This document shows positions 11,635-24,170 of a stretch of DNA of 64,000 nt, one piece after another. The DNA is from Macrostomum lignano (lineage: Eukaryota). Made by a program: the position numbers and the translations under genes. Each line of letters begins with the position of its first letter. Positions within the stretch are counted from its first letter, which is position 1. Where the stretch lies: positions 1-64,000 of the forward strand of contig NIVC01003057.1 in NCBI GenBank assembly GCA_002269645.1. Reading direction: 5' to 3'. The notes under the pieces were generated by a model, which ran no database searches, was not told the DNA's origin, and saw nothing but the letters and a program-made list of their open reading frames with translations.

Positions 11635-14600
11635 TCACAGCATGCCGAAGCCTTTGCTGTTGGCTATTGCTTTCAGTAGGCGGTCTTGCAGCTTGTCGTA
11701 ACTGCTGTACTCGGGCAGTAACAGGACGTTGAAGCACGTGTGAGCAGTCGGCAGTCTGACAATGGAATTGAGAAAGGATGGCTCTTAACATGCTACTGAA
11801 AGTAAATTGAGGACATTGCCAGACAAATATTAGATCACACTACTGACAGTAGATTGAGGACATTGTCAGACATGAATAACAGATCACACTACTGACAGTA
11901 GATTGAGGACATTGTCAGACATGAATAGCAGATCACACTACTGACAGTAGATTGAGGACATTGTCAGACATGAATAACAGATCACACTACTGACAGTAGA
12001 TTGAGGACATTGTCAGACAAATATTAGATCACACTACTGACAGTAGATTAAGGACATTGTCAGACATAAATAACAGATCACACTACTGACAGTAGATTGA
12101 GGACATTGTCAGACATAAATAACAGATCACACTACTGACAGTAGATTAAGGACATTGTCAGACATGAATAACAGATCACACTACTGACAGTAGATTGAGG
12201 ACATTGTCAGACAAATATTAGATCACACTACTGACAGTAGATTAAGGACATTGTCAGACATGAATAGCAGATCACACTACTGACAGTAGATTGAGGACAT
12301 TGTCAGACATAAATAACAGATCACACTACTGACAGTACTCACAAGCCTGCGCACTCACCTATCAGTGTCCGGTCCCTGCCTAGCAATGATAAACTTCATT
12401 TTCTTCATTCCACCGAGGGGCACACGGTCCGAACCGGTGACGAACTCAAGCAGTAGCCTCTTGTCAACGTCTGACATTGTGTGAACCAGCTTCCAGAAGT
12501 GCGCAATGATCGGCGAGTTTTCGGTGTAGCCGCCGTCATATTGAGTGTACTTCTGCAGCTCGTGAAAGTTGTAGGTCTGAGAAGCGGAGTTGAGTAAATA
12601 CGGCTGTTGACTGGCTGTGTCAGACTCGGGTGAGCTGGCTGTGTCAGACTCATGGGTGAGCTGGCTGTGTCAGACTCGGGTGAGCTGGCTGTGCCAGACT
12701 CATGGGTGAGTTGGCTGTGTCAGACTCGGGTGAGCTGGCTGTGTCAGACTCGGGTGAGCTGGCTGTGTCAGACTCATGGGTGAGTTGGCTGTGTCAGACT
12801 CGGGTGAGCTGGCTGTGTCAGACTCGGGTGAGCTGGCTGTGCCAGACTCATGGGTGAGTTGGCTGTGTCAGACTCATGGGTGAGCTGGCTGTGTCAGACT
12901 CGGGTGAGCTGGCTGTGTCAGACTCGGGTGAGCTGGCTGTGCCAGACTCATGGGTGAGTTGGCTGTGTCAGACTCGTGGGTGAGCTGGCTGTGCCAGACT
13001 CATGGGTGAGCTGGCTGTGTCAGACTCGGGTGAGCTGGCTGTGTCAGACTCGGGTGAGCTGGCTGTGCCAGACTCATGGGTGAGCTGGCTGTGTCAGACT
13101 CGGGTGAGCTGGCTGTGTCAGACTCATGGGTGAGCTGGCTGTGCCAGACTCATGGGTGAGTTGGCTGTGTCAGACTCGGGTGAGCTGGCTGTGCCAGACT
13201 CATGGGTGAGCTGGCTGTGTCAGACTCGTGGGTGAGCTTGCTCAGGCTGTGTCAGACTCATGGGTGGACTGGCTGATGGACAGTTTGCGTCAAACATATT
13301 GGGTTTGACAGTTTGTGTCAGACAGAGCTTGACAGCTTGTGTCAGACAGAGCTTGACAGTTTGTGTCAGACATAGCTTGATAGTTTGTGTCAGACATAGC
13401 TTGATAGTTTGTGTCAGCAGAGCTTGACAGTTTGCGTCAGACAGAGCTTGACAGTTTGAGTCAGACAGAGCTTGACAGTTTGCGTCAGACAGAGCTTGAC
13501 AGTTTGAGTCAGACAGAGCTTGACAGCTTGTGTCAGACAGAGCTTGACAGTTTGTGTCAGACAGAGCTTGACAGTTTGTGTCAGACATAGCTTGACAGCT
13601 TGTGTCAGACAGAGCTTGACAGTTTGTGTCAGACATAGCTTGACAGCTTGTGTCAGACAGAAGTTGACAGCTTGTGTCAGACAGAGCTTGACAGCTTGTG
13701 TCAGACGGAGCTTGACAGCTGGATCGAAATCGAATAGCTTTATCAAAAGAAGCAATAGCAGGCAAGCATTCACCTTGCTGCCGCAGACCAGCAGTTCTAT
13801 CTCGGTTGGGGCAAACAGTTGCAGCAATAGCGAGTTATCAATCACCAAATGGAAGCCTTTACAGAAAGCGTTGAACTGTTTCTCAATCATTCCATTGAGC
13901 AGGAAGTCCGAGTAGAGGTCCACGAATTCCTGCAATTATTTTAGGTAACAGTGCACCCTGATCCTAACGACACCTTATCTATTAATTAGCTCTGTAGATA
14001 CCCATGTACCCAATTCCACCACCAGTTAATCACCTCTGTAGATACCCATGTACCCAATTCCACCACCAGTTAATCACCTCTGTAGATACCCATGTACCCA
14101 ATTCCACCACCAGTTAATTACCTCTGTAAATACCCATGTACCCAATTCCACAACCAGTTAATTACCTCTGTAGATACCCATGTACCCAATTCCAACACCA
14201 GTTAATTACCTCTGTAGATACCCATGTACCCAATTCCACCACCAGTTAATCACCTCTGTAGATACCCATGTACCCAATTCCACCACCAGTTAATCACCTC
14301 TGTAGATACCCATGTACCCAATTCCACCACCAGTTAATTACCTCTGTAAATACCCATGTACCCAATTCCACAACCAGTTAATTACCTCTGTAGATACCCA
14401 TGTACCCAATTCCAACACCAGTTAATTACCTCTGTAGATACCCATGTACCCAATTCCACCACCAGTTAATCACCTCTGTAGATACCCATGTACCCAATTC
14501 CACCACCAGTTAATCACCTCTGTAGATACCCATGTACCCAATTCCACCACCAGTTAATTACCTCTGTAGATACCCATGTACCCAATTCCAACACCAGTTA

Positions 14601-17600
14601 ATTACCTCTGTAGATACCCATGTACCCAATTCCAACACCAGTTAATTACCTCTGTAGATACCCATGTACCCAATTCCACCACCAGTTAATTACCTCTGTA
14701 GATACCCATGTACCCAATTCCACCACCAGTTAATTACCTCTGTAGATACCCATGTACCCAATTCCAACACCAGTTAATTACCTCTGTAGATACCCATGTA
14801 CCCAATAACTACCACTTAATTACCTCTGTAGATACCCGTGTACCCAATAACTACCAACTACCTCTGTAGATACCCGTGTACCCAAAAGACTAACAGAGAT
14901 ACCCATTTGTTTAGCAGGTAAAACATCCACCTGTCTGTTCTCCTTAGTAACGGGAATATTGGCCCCGTCAGGTTTCAGTTCGTGATTCAGGGTGCTGCCA
15001 AATGCGTCCTGAAAGCTGATTGAGAAGCAGCCGAAAATGTCTTCAAAGCTGTCGCCATCGTATTCCAGCAGCTGCTGCATGCCCTGGGCCAGCTCCTGTT
15101 GGGGTATTGATGGCGCAGGAAGTGGAAATATCTGCGTTGTCAACTTATTGATTCGCCGCCAGATTCTCCTTTTCCCAGCCGAGAACAAATTCCCGGTCCC
15201 GTCCATCCATCAAGAGAAATTCCCCAGTCCATCAACCAAGAGAAATTCCCCAGTCCATCAATGAAAAGAAATTCCCCAGTCCATCAACCAAGAGAAATTC
15301 CCCAGTCCATCAATGAAAAGAAATTCCCCAGTCCATCAACCGGGAGAAATTCCCCAGTCTACCAATCAAGAGCAATTCCCCGGACCATCAACCCAAAGAA
15401 ATTCCCAGTGCACCAACTAAGAGAAATTCCCCAGTCCATCTACAAAGAGAAATTCCCCAGTCCATCTACAAAGAGAAATTCCCCAGTCCATCTACAAAGA
15501 GCAATTCCCCAGTCCATCAACCAAGAGAAATTCCCCAGTCCATCTACAAAGAGAAATTCCCCAGTCCATCAACCAAGAGAAATTCCCCAGTCCATCTACA
15601 AAGAGAAATTCCCCAGTCCATCAACCAAGAGAAATTCCCCAGTCCATCAACCAAGAGAAATTCCCCAGTCCATCAACCAAGAGAAATACCTCAGTCCATC
15701 AACCAAGAGAAATTCCCCAGTCCATCTACCAAGAGAAATTTCCCAGTCCATCTACCAAGAGAAATTCCCCAGTCCATCTACAAAGAGAAATTCCCCAGTC
15801 CATTAACCGAGAGAAATTCCCCAGTCCATCTACAAAGAGAAATTCCCCAGTCCATCTACAAAGAGAAATTCCCCAGTCCATCTACAAAGAAAAATTCCCC
15901 AGTCCATCTACCAAGAGAAATTCCCCAGTCCATCTACCAAGAGAAATTCCCCAGTCCATCTACAAAGAGAAATTCCCCAGTCCATCTACGAAGAGAAATT
16001 CCCTAGTCCATTTACGAAGAAAAATTCCCCAGTCCATCTACCAAGAGAAATTCCCCAGTCCATCTACAAAGAGAAATTCCCCAGTCCATCTACCAAGAGA
16101 AATTCCCCAGTCCATCTACAAAGAGAAATTCCCCAGTCCATCAACCAAGAGAAATTTCCCAGTCCATCTACAAAGAGAAATTCCCCAGTCCATCTACAAA
16201 GAGAAATTCCCCAGTCCATCAACCAAGAGAAATTCCCCAGTCCATCAACCAATTGAAATTCCCCAGTCCATCTACCAAGAGAAATTCCCCAGTCCATCAA
16301 CCAAGAGAAATACCTCAGTCCATCAACCAAGAGAAATTCCCCAGTCCATCAACCAAGAGTAATTCCCCAGTCCATCAACCAAGAGAAATTCCCCAGTCCA
16401 TCAACCAAGAGAAATTCCCCAGTCCATCAACCAAGAGAAATTCCCCAGTCCATCAACCAAGAGAAATTCCCCAGTCCATCAACCAAGAGAAATTCCCCAG
16501 TCCATCAAACAATCAATTCTCTCACCGGATGCGATCCTTTGAGATCGTGAAAAGCGCCCAGCTTGCCAGTGAGTTTTTTATACAACACCGTTGGGAACCG
16601 CACATCCAGGATGATGTTGTTGTAGATGGCCAAACCCAACAGCATGCCAACCAGCACGAACTCCCGTTCGCAGTCCTCAGAGCCCGGATAGAACCAGAAG
16701 GACTGGGTGCGCTGGTTCAAGCTGAACATACCATAGTCCGGATTGAATATCTGTTCGATAATCAGCTGGAAAAATTCCTTTGACAAGCCGCCCTCATCGA
16801 TGCCCTGTTCGCCTTCGAATTCGATAACCAGCTGTTTTTTGAGATCGCCTGGAGACTCCAGGCCAACCATTTCCAGGGTCAGGAGAGCGTCCTGGCAAAC
16901 AATGTTATTGGGAGAATTAACTCAGTGGGTTCGAACATGCAACCACTTTACCAAAAATTTACAAAGGACCATAGACAGTCCATCATCAAAGCTAGACAAA
17001 GGACCATGGGCAGTCCATCATCATCAAAGCTACAGACAAAGGACCATAGACAGTCCACCATCATCAAAGCTACAGACAAAGGACCATAGACAGTCTACCA
17101 TCATCAAGGCTATAGACAAAGGACCATAGACAGTCCACCATCATCAAGGCTACAGACAAAGGACCATAGACAGTCCACCGTCATCAAGGCTACAGATAAA
17201 GGACCATAGACAGTCCACCATCATCAAGGCTACAGACAAAGGACCATAGACAGTCTACCATCATCAAAGCTACAGACAAAGGACCATAGACAGTCTACCA
17301 TCATCAAGGCTACAGACAAAGGACCATAGACAGTCTAACATCATCAAAGCTACAGACAAAGGACCATAGACAGTCTACCATCATCAAAGCTACAGACAAA
17401 GGACCATAGACAGTCTACCATCATCAAAGCTACAGACAAAGGACCATAGACAGTCTACCATCATCAAAGCTACAGACAAAGGACCATAGACAGTCTAACA
17501 TCATCAAAGCTACAGACAAAGGACCATAGACAGTCTACCATCATCAAAGCTACAGACAAAGGACCATAGACAGTCTACCATCATCAAGGCTACAGACAAA

Positions 17601-20600
17601 GGACCATAGACAGTCTACCATCATCAAAGCTACAGACAAAGGACCATAGACAGTCTACCATCATCAAAGCTACAAACAAAGGACCATAGACAGTCCACCA
17701 TCATCAAAGCTACAAACAAAGGACCATAGACAGTCTACCATCATCAAAGCTACAAAGGACCATAGACAGTCTACCATCATCAAAGCTACAGACAAAGGAC
17801 CATAGACAGTCTACCATCATCAAGGCTACAGACAGAGGACCATAGACAGTCCACCATCATCAAGGCTACAGACAAAGGACCATAGACAGTCTACCATCAT
17901 CAAAGCTACAGACAAAGGACCATAGACAGTCTACCATCATCAAGGCTACAGACAAAGGACCATAGACAGTCTAACATCATCAAAGCTACAGACAAAGGAC
18001 CATAGACAGTCTACCATCATCAAAGCTACAGACAAAGGACCATAGAAAGTCTACCATCATCAAAGCTACAGACAAAGGACCATAGACAGTCTAACATCAT
18101 CAAAGCTACAGACAAAGGACCATAGACAGTCTACCATCATCAAAGCTACAGACAAAGGACCATAGACAGTCTACCATCATCAAGGCTACAGACAGAGGAC
18201 CATAGACAGTACACTATCATCAAGGCTACAGACCTGCACAATATTGGCCCTGCGAACGTTAATCCTCAGGTACATATTGTGATCGCTGTGCAGCATCAGC
18301 GACTGCAGCAGCGCCCCTCGACGCTCTCTAAACATGCGAATCCTGGAGTCTAAGTACAGAGCCACGCTCTTGGTGAAGGTGGTCAGCAGGAACGGATGAT
18401 TTAAGAAGCTGAATGGCGGCATTTCGTCTCGTTGACGATTTGCCAAAGTTGGCGATCGATCCGATTCTAGAAAAAAATTGTAGTCGCGATCAACTGACAT
18501 CAGTTCGTTTAAAGTGTCGTTGATGAATTCTTCGTCCGGGATGGCCGGGCGGATGCAGTCGGCTGGGCGACGAAAGCAGAGCTGTTCGGCCAGAGGGTCC
18601 GGCTTCCACAGCTGGTGGCCTTGACGGCGGCGGTCGGGCAGGTTAGTCTGGGGGCGATTGTCAGGGTGGTTTGATGTCGATTGTCAGGGTGGTTTGATGT
18701 CGATTGTCAGCGTGGTTTGGTGTCGATTGTCGGGGTGGTTTGATTTCGATTGTCAGGGTGGTTTGATGTCGATTGTCAGGGTGGTTTGGTGTCGATTGTC
18801 GGGGTGGTTTGATTTCGATTGTCAGGGTGGTTTGATGTCGATTGTCAGGGTGGTTTGGTGTCGATTGTCAGGGTGGTTTGGACCGATCCTCAGGCGGTGT
18901 CGAGACCGTTTTCAATGTGGCTAAAGGACGATTTTTACGAGTACAGTAAATAATTTCTTCAAGGTGATTTTCTATCCAGCCTCAACTCCGTTGCAGAATC
19001 GCACAGAAACCTCACCCGATCGTAGAGAGCATTGAGCGAAGCCAAGAATGTCTCCGTCTTCTCCCGCTCTCGGGCCAATGCCTGTCTAGAGTCAACATCT
19101 CCGAGCAGACCAGATGCGTAATAAACCAGCTTAATAACTCGACAGACATCGCAAATCACTGCGTCTTCGTTTAAACTGCGCTCTGACTCCTCGCCAGCCT
19201 CATTCTCCATCAGTAGACAGCGCAAAGTCAGGAGCTGCATCAGCACTAGCAGCAGCATGCGCAGATCCTCCACTGTTTTGTGCCGGCACCAGAAATGAAT
19301 CTGAGTTGCATTTGTGGTGTTAATAACTAGATTATGCTGTAACTAATATTACGAATTATAATTTCAACGGAATGTATACTGAAACTATATGTTCAACGAG
19401 GCTATGGGAAATCCCTTGATTATACCCATGTACATTGTGACCAACGGGAATCCCCTAGACTAAACCCATGTACATTGAGACCAACGGGAATCCCATAGAC
19501 TATACCCATGTAAATTTAGACCAACGGGAATCCCCTAGACTAAACCCATGTACATTGAGACCAACGGGAATCCCATAGACTATACCCATGTAAATTTACA
19601 CAAACGGAATCCTCTAGACTATACCCATGTACATTGAGACCAACGGGAATCCTCTAGACTATACCCATGTACATTGAGACCAACGGGAATTCCTAGACTA
19701 CACCCCATATTCATTGAGACCAACGGGAATCCCCTAGACTATACCCATGTTCACTGAGACCAACGGGAATCCCTGGACTGTATCCATGTACATTGAGACT
19801 ATCGGAAATCCCTAGATCCCAACTAGTGTACATTGGAGTCACTTGGAATCCTTATATTCTAGCCATGTACATTTGAAGAATCTAAATAGTACATAGATAG
19901 ACAGTAGAGATAAAACTGGGGCTGACAAAAGAGACAGTCATAGGTGCAGATTCGAACTGAAGCAATGCACAATTAGTATCTAAACAATATTGCACGAACC
20001 AGGGCAGCCTGATGCTCTGTAGGCAGCCGACCAGCCAGCATGCATATTGACGGCACCACAGTTTCCATATTGTTCGGATCGAATAGCACAGAGAATTCAA
20101 ACAGTACAGCAGCGACGCACAGATGCAAGGGTCTAGGATGATCCGACAGTTCTAATCGAACTTGGCGGCAAAGAAAGTTCACGGAACCGCACAGGGGATC
20201 CATCACGGATTTCTCGTAAGGAATCAACCGCGTGAGAGTGTGCACGCAGTGAACATCGATACGGGCCAGAGCATCGGCCGCATTCTTCTCAGACAGTTCG
20301 CTCTCGTGCTTCTCGTGGACACCGTCGTCGTCGACGCCGTGCGACGGTCTGAAAGCTTCGACGGTGCGCTCTGGCGAGGTGAACACGCTGCTGAGCAGGC
20401 GGATCAACGGCTGCTTGTCTGGCTGGCCGGACATCCGACGCAAGGTGGCCTCGTTGAACACTTCGTCAATTGGAGGAGGCGAAGGCAGCGGCTGTTGCGG
20501 CTGGTTAAGCCTAACCGACTCGCTCTGATTCTCATTCATAGCTGACGAATTATGGGACTCTACAGTTTGCATCCCCAGCACCTCGCGGTTCGGTGTTGGA

Positions 20601-21010
20601 GCAAAAGCCACCGCTGCTGCTGCACCAACCTCGCTATCGTTAATGTCCATCATAGCCATTGCTGCCCCTTCGCTGACGCTACCAACGCTGCTTCTGCTTT
20701 CGCCGCCTCCGCCGCTGCCGCCGCCAGAACTTTCCAGCACAATGGGCGGCGACACGGACCTCTTGCCTGAATTTGATGAAGTCTGCCTCACAAGACTGGC
20801 ATTGCCGCAGACTTCAGTATCTGATTTGGCCAATTCTACAGCCAGCAAAGCCAAAGAATTCTTATTTCCACCCAGTTGAGAGTGCCGAAACTGCTGACTA
20901 GATGCACAATGCGGACTCAAGCAGCTGGCGTCGCCGCATCCAACTGTGAGTCTTTGAAAATGATCTTTGATGCTGATGGCAATTCGTTCTCGAGATGAAG
21001 ACGCTGCCAT
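11635..21010 (-). CDS. UBE3A: HECT E3 ubiquitin ligase UBE3A/E6AP ortholog, complete, 911 aa
   Basis: Eight coding exons with canonical GT-AG ends and consistent phases: 20000-21010, 19016-19300, 18234-18647, 16526-16891, 14931-15095, 13774-13929, 12359-12576, 11635-11755 (2736 nt). Motifs: N-terminal AZUL zinc finger ([21 protein letters not shown]), HECT N-lobe ([28 protein letters not shown]) and catalytic C-lobe ([17 protein letters not shown]...KGFGML-stop). No frameshifts. Confidence 0.96.
11805..12337. repeat. 49-bp minisatellite, UBE3A last intron
   Basis: Unit AGATCACACTACTGACAGTAGATTGAGGACATTGTCAGACATGAATAAC, about 11 copies. Confidence 0.95.
12610..13268. repeat. 24/26-bp minisatellite, UBE3A intron
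   Basis: Units CTGGCTGTGTCAGACTCGGGTGAG and CTGGCTGTGTCAGACTCATGGGTGAG. Confidence 0.95.
13303..13720. repeat. 24-bp minisatellite, same UBE3A intron
   Basis: Unit TGTGTCAGACAGAGCTTGACAGTT. Confidence 0.95.
13990..14885. repeat. 44-bp minisatellite, UBE3A intron
   Basis: Unit GATACCCATGTACCCAATTCCACCACCAGTTAATYACCTCTGTA, about 20 copies. Confidence 0.95.
15200..16507. repeat. 26-bp minisatellite, UBE3A intron
   Basis: Unit CCCCAGTCCATCWACMAAGAGAAATT, about 50 copies. Confidence 0.95.
16962..18233. repeat. 40-bp minisatellite starting at a UBE3A donor site
   Basis: Unit GGACCATAGACAGTCTACCATCATCAAAGCTACAGACAAA, about 31 copies. Confidence 0.95.
18655..18881. repeat. 23-bp minisatellite, UBE3A intron
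   Basis: Unit TCAGGGTGGTTTGATGTCGATTG, about 10 copies. Confidence 0.9.
19410..19800. repeat. 40-bp minisatellite, UBE3A first coding intron
   Basis: Unit TAGACTATACCCATGTACATTGAGACCAACGGGAATCCCC, about 10 copies. Confidence 0.9.
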
Positions 21011-22021
21011 TTGTCCTTTGATGCTTCTTATGCTCTAGAGACAGTCTTAGTAACTGGTTGAGTCCAATGAAAAATGAATAAGTGGGCATTTTTGCAAAAA
21101 TATAATGGAAAACATTGATTTTGTTACATATCTTGCTTCAAGGTGAGAATGAGATTAAAAAGTTTTGGATTATATTTCTATTCTTATAATCCCTATAGTG
21201 CAAATTTTAAATGGTTCAAATTAATATTATTAACAAAAATTGATAATGCAATCATTAATTAACATTACTATTATTAAACTAATATTAGCCTTTAATTAAT
21301 AGTAATATATATATTTATCAATTTATATGTATACAATATGCTATATATCATATATGCGCAACCCCCCTGATTTACACTAACTATGCAACCTACTTTTTGA
21401 CCAAAAATGCAATTTACCTATAAAAGAAACCCTAAAGCAAAATTAACACAATTTTGAGTAAATGGCAAGAGTATTACTGTCTTATTAAGGCTAAATGCCT
21501 TATCATCTAATTAGTAGTATCTATATTTTAGGTAGGTATTTTTGCAACTTACCTTTTGGTCTACCACAATTTATAGTGGCTAGATCAGCCAGGTTGGCCA
21601 GCAGTTGTGCATGAACACTAATATGATACAAATATAGAATTAGGCTTATAAAAAGCTAAGGATTCTGGCTATATAAAAATTTATAGATATAAAGGTTTTT
21701 AAGCAGAATATATAAATATAGATATTGTTCTAGAAATGTAATATTTCTTATCTTTAGTTCTTATATTGGCCAACTAATAAATAAGACTTAGCTATTTTTC
21801 TTGTACAATTAATAAATGAGACTTATTATTATTAATGACTAATAGCCTTAATTAGAAAAATGTTATAATATTTTTAATAGGACCTACTTTGATTTAATAT
21901 TTTATGATTTAATGATTTATAAGTTCTATGTTAGAAGAATAAAAAAGTATTTTTGAAAAATATATAAAATAGAAATATCTATAATTCTATATGGCTTAGA
22001 TAATAAGCCTAGACTCCTAGA

Positions 22022-22725
22022 GAGGATTACAGTTGTTTTGGTGACAAGATGTTTTGGTGATAGTCATTTTGGTGACAAGCAAAAGTCATTTTGGTGACAA
22101 GACAAATACTTTTTAGTAAAAGCTATTTTGTTTTTAAAAAGTAAAATTACCTAGTGCAAATCTTAAGGGATCTCAAACCTTAACTTTTCAATCATTTTCT
22201 ACAATGGTTAAGTATTGCTTTCTTTAATTTTGTTTATATAAAATTCTAAAGTTGCAATCTTTTGAATTTATATGTTTTCTAATCCAATTAAACCAATTGT
22301 CAATTATGTCTAGTCTAGTGAATATCTCTGCTTTTCTCATAGTCAGCATTTCATGAGGATTCTCTATAGGTTTATGGTTTATGTGTCTGAATATTCTGGG
22401 ACAATTCAAAACAATCTGCATAGAAAGAAAACCATCAAATAATCAAATAAAAGAAATCAAATAAGAGTTTGATTTCTTTTTCCTACAACTAATCTTTTGA
22501 AGGAAATTTTCAAATATGAACAAAGCATAAATCTTAACAAAATAACTATAAGCTGATATTATAAAGCACCTCCTGTCACAAAAAATGATTATACTTATAA
22601 ACTTTATAATTTTTTATAAAAAATAAAGTGTCTCTATAACAAAAGCAACTTATCACTGAAACAACTATTTGTTGCCGAAATATCTGTCAATAAAACGACT
22701 TGTCACCAAAATAACTGGTATCCCC
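22022..22725. mobile_element. Non-autonomous DNA transposon (MITE-like), 704 bp
   Basis: Imperfect terminal inverted repeats of about 43 bp (left GAGGATTACAGTTGTTTTGGTGACAAG; right reverse complement GGGGATACCAGTTATTTTGGTGACAAG). Internal TTTTGGTGACAAG sub-repeats. Identical 4-bp flanks TAGA at 22018-22021 and 22726-22729. No transposase. Confidence 0.7.
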
Positions 22726-23496
22726 TAGAGAGAGGCTATATTATATAGGCCCTATTATATAATATTTCATAAGGCATAGTAATATTAATTTAATAATTTA
22801 ATTATTATTAATTTAATAAGACTAACAAAACCTAAAAAGTAAAATAAATAGGCCTAGATTGCAATTAAATCTAAGTCACTTGGATTTAGAACTAATCATT
22901 GAGTGTGCATTTAGGCCCAAGTCTTAAGCAAAAGCCAAAGCCCAAAGCCAAAGGTAGATTAAAAAAATATGTTATATATCTAACAAAGTCAAGACCAAAA
23001 TTTATTAGGGCCTAGGATTATAACATAGGGAATAGATCCTATGCCTAGGCCTACAGAGCAATTTTCAACTAAACTAGAGTCTAGAATTAATAATGCCTAC
23101 CTAAATTTTTGTTAGACCTATTAGGCCTACACTAAGCTCCAGACTCAGTCTTCTGGGGCTGGGGCCTGGGGCATGTCTAAGCATATGATTAGGGCCTAGG
23201 CCTAGGAAATCGAAAGGGAATAACTTATTAAGTTAAATAAGGCCCAAAGTTAATGCTTTGAACTTTGTTCAGTTCAGTCACAGCCTGACTAGACAGGTAA
23301 CAGGTTTAAAAACAATCCGGCTTCTCGCATTTTCTAATTTACAATCAAATGACAAACCAAGCTGCTGCAGTCAGTCAGGCAATAGGCCTGGGCTCCTAAC
23401 AAAAAAATATTATGCTAAATTTGTAGCATCAATACGAAATATTTTTGTTCACATGACGAAGAGTCTGTTCATTTCGTTCAGTTCAGGTATACTTAC

Positions 23497-23600
23497 TTCT
23501 TGGATCATTTCGATATTTCATTTCATCGGCCGGCGCAGTTTAATTTCAGTTTGTTCCGCGAAAGTCGATTCACACCGGCATTTCGCAATGCATGTCAAAC
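23497..23600 (-). other. Probable non-coding first (5' UTR) exon of UBE3A
   Basis: Minus-strand donor AAGAA|GTAAGT at 23496. Acceptor TCTCTAG at 21036-21035, 24 nt upstream of the ATG. CpG-containing sequence follows a CpG-poor block. The exon's 5' end is uncertain. Confidence 0.45.
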
Positions 23601-24170
23601 ACTTAAAAATGTCACTTTCATTGCTTAATTGCTTAAGATTAAGTTCAACAGCATTGTATTATAACTCCTTTATGAAAAAAAAACGAAACAAAATATTTTC
23701 ATTTCTTGGAGGAGAAGGGTATTTAGCTCCTAAGGATTTACGAATATAATTCTGGCTTAACAAATGATTCTTCCCTTTTACGTCGGTATAATTTTATTTA
23801 ATGACTCTAGTAGATTTTTTCAAGCGTAAGTCTAGAGTATATATTATATAATTTTCAAAAAGTACATTTTTGAGCTTGTTAATAGAGTCACCTCTAGGCT
23901 TTAAATCGTATCTATTTTAGATTTTTTCATTTGATTGGGTAGACGTGTGACGTGCATTTCGTATGTTTTGTGTTTTAGATCATGCGGGTGGTTTTAATTG
24001 TAATTGCTCGGTAATAATTTCTGAGTATAGTATCTATAACATCCAATGAAATAAATTGTCACATACTAAATAAGGCAATAATTTATTGCTCAACTTTCAA
24101 CCAAATCTAGCTAGTCCAAATTTCATTGAACCAGAAATTTCTTATCATTATCCCTAGCAATATAAAGCTT
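23600..24170. promoter_or_regulatory. Putative bidirectional promoter between UBE3A (-) and CCDC175-like (+)
   Basis: Positional inference from the divergent orientation of the two genes; no specific motif identified. Confidence 0.35.
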
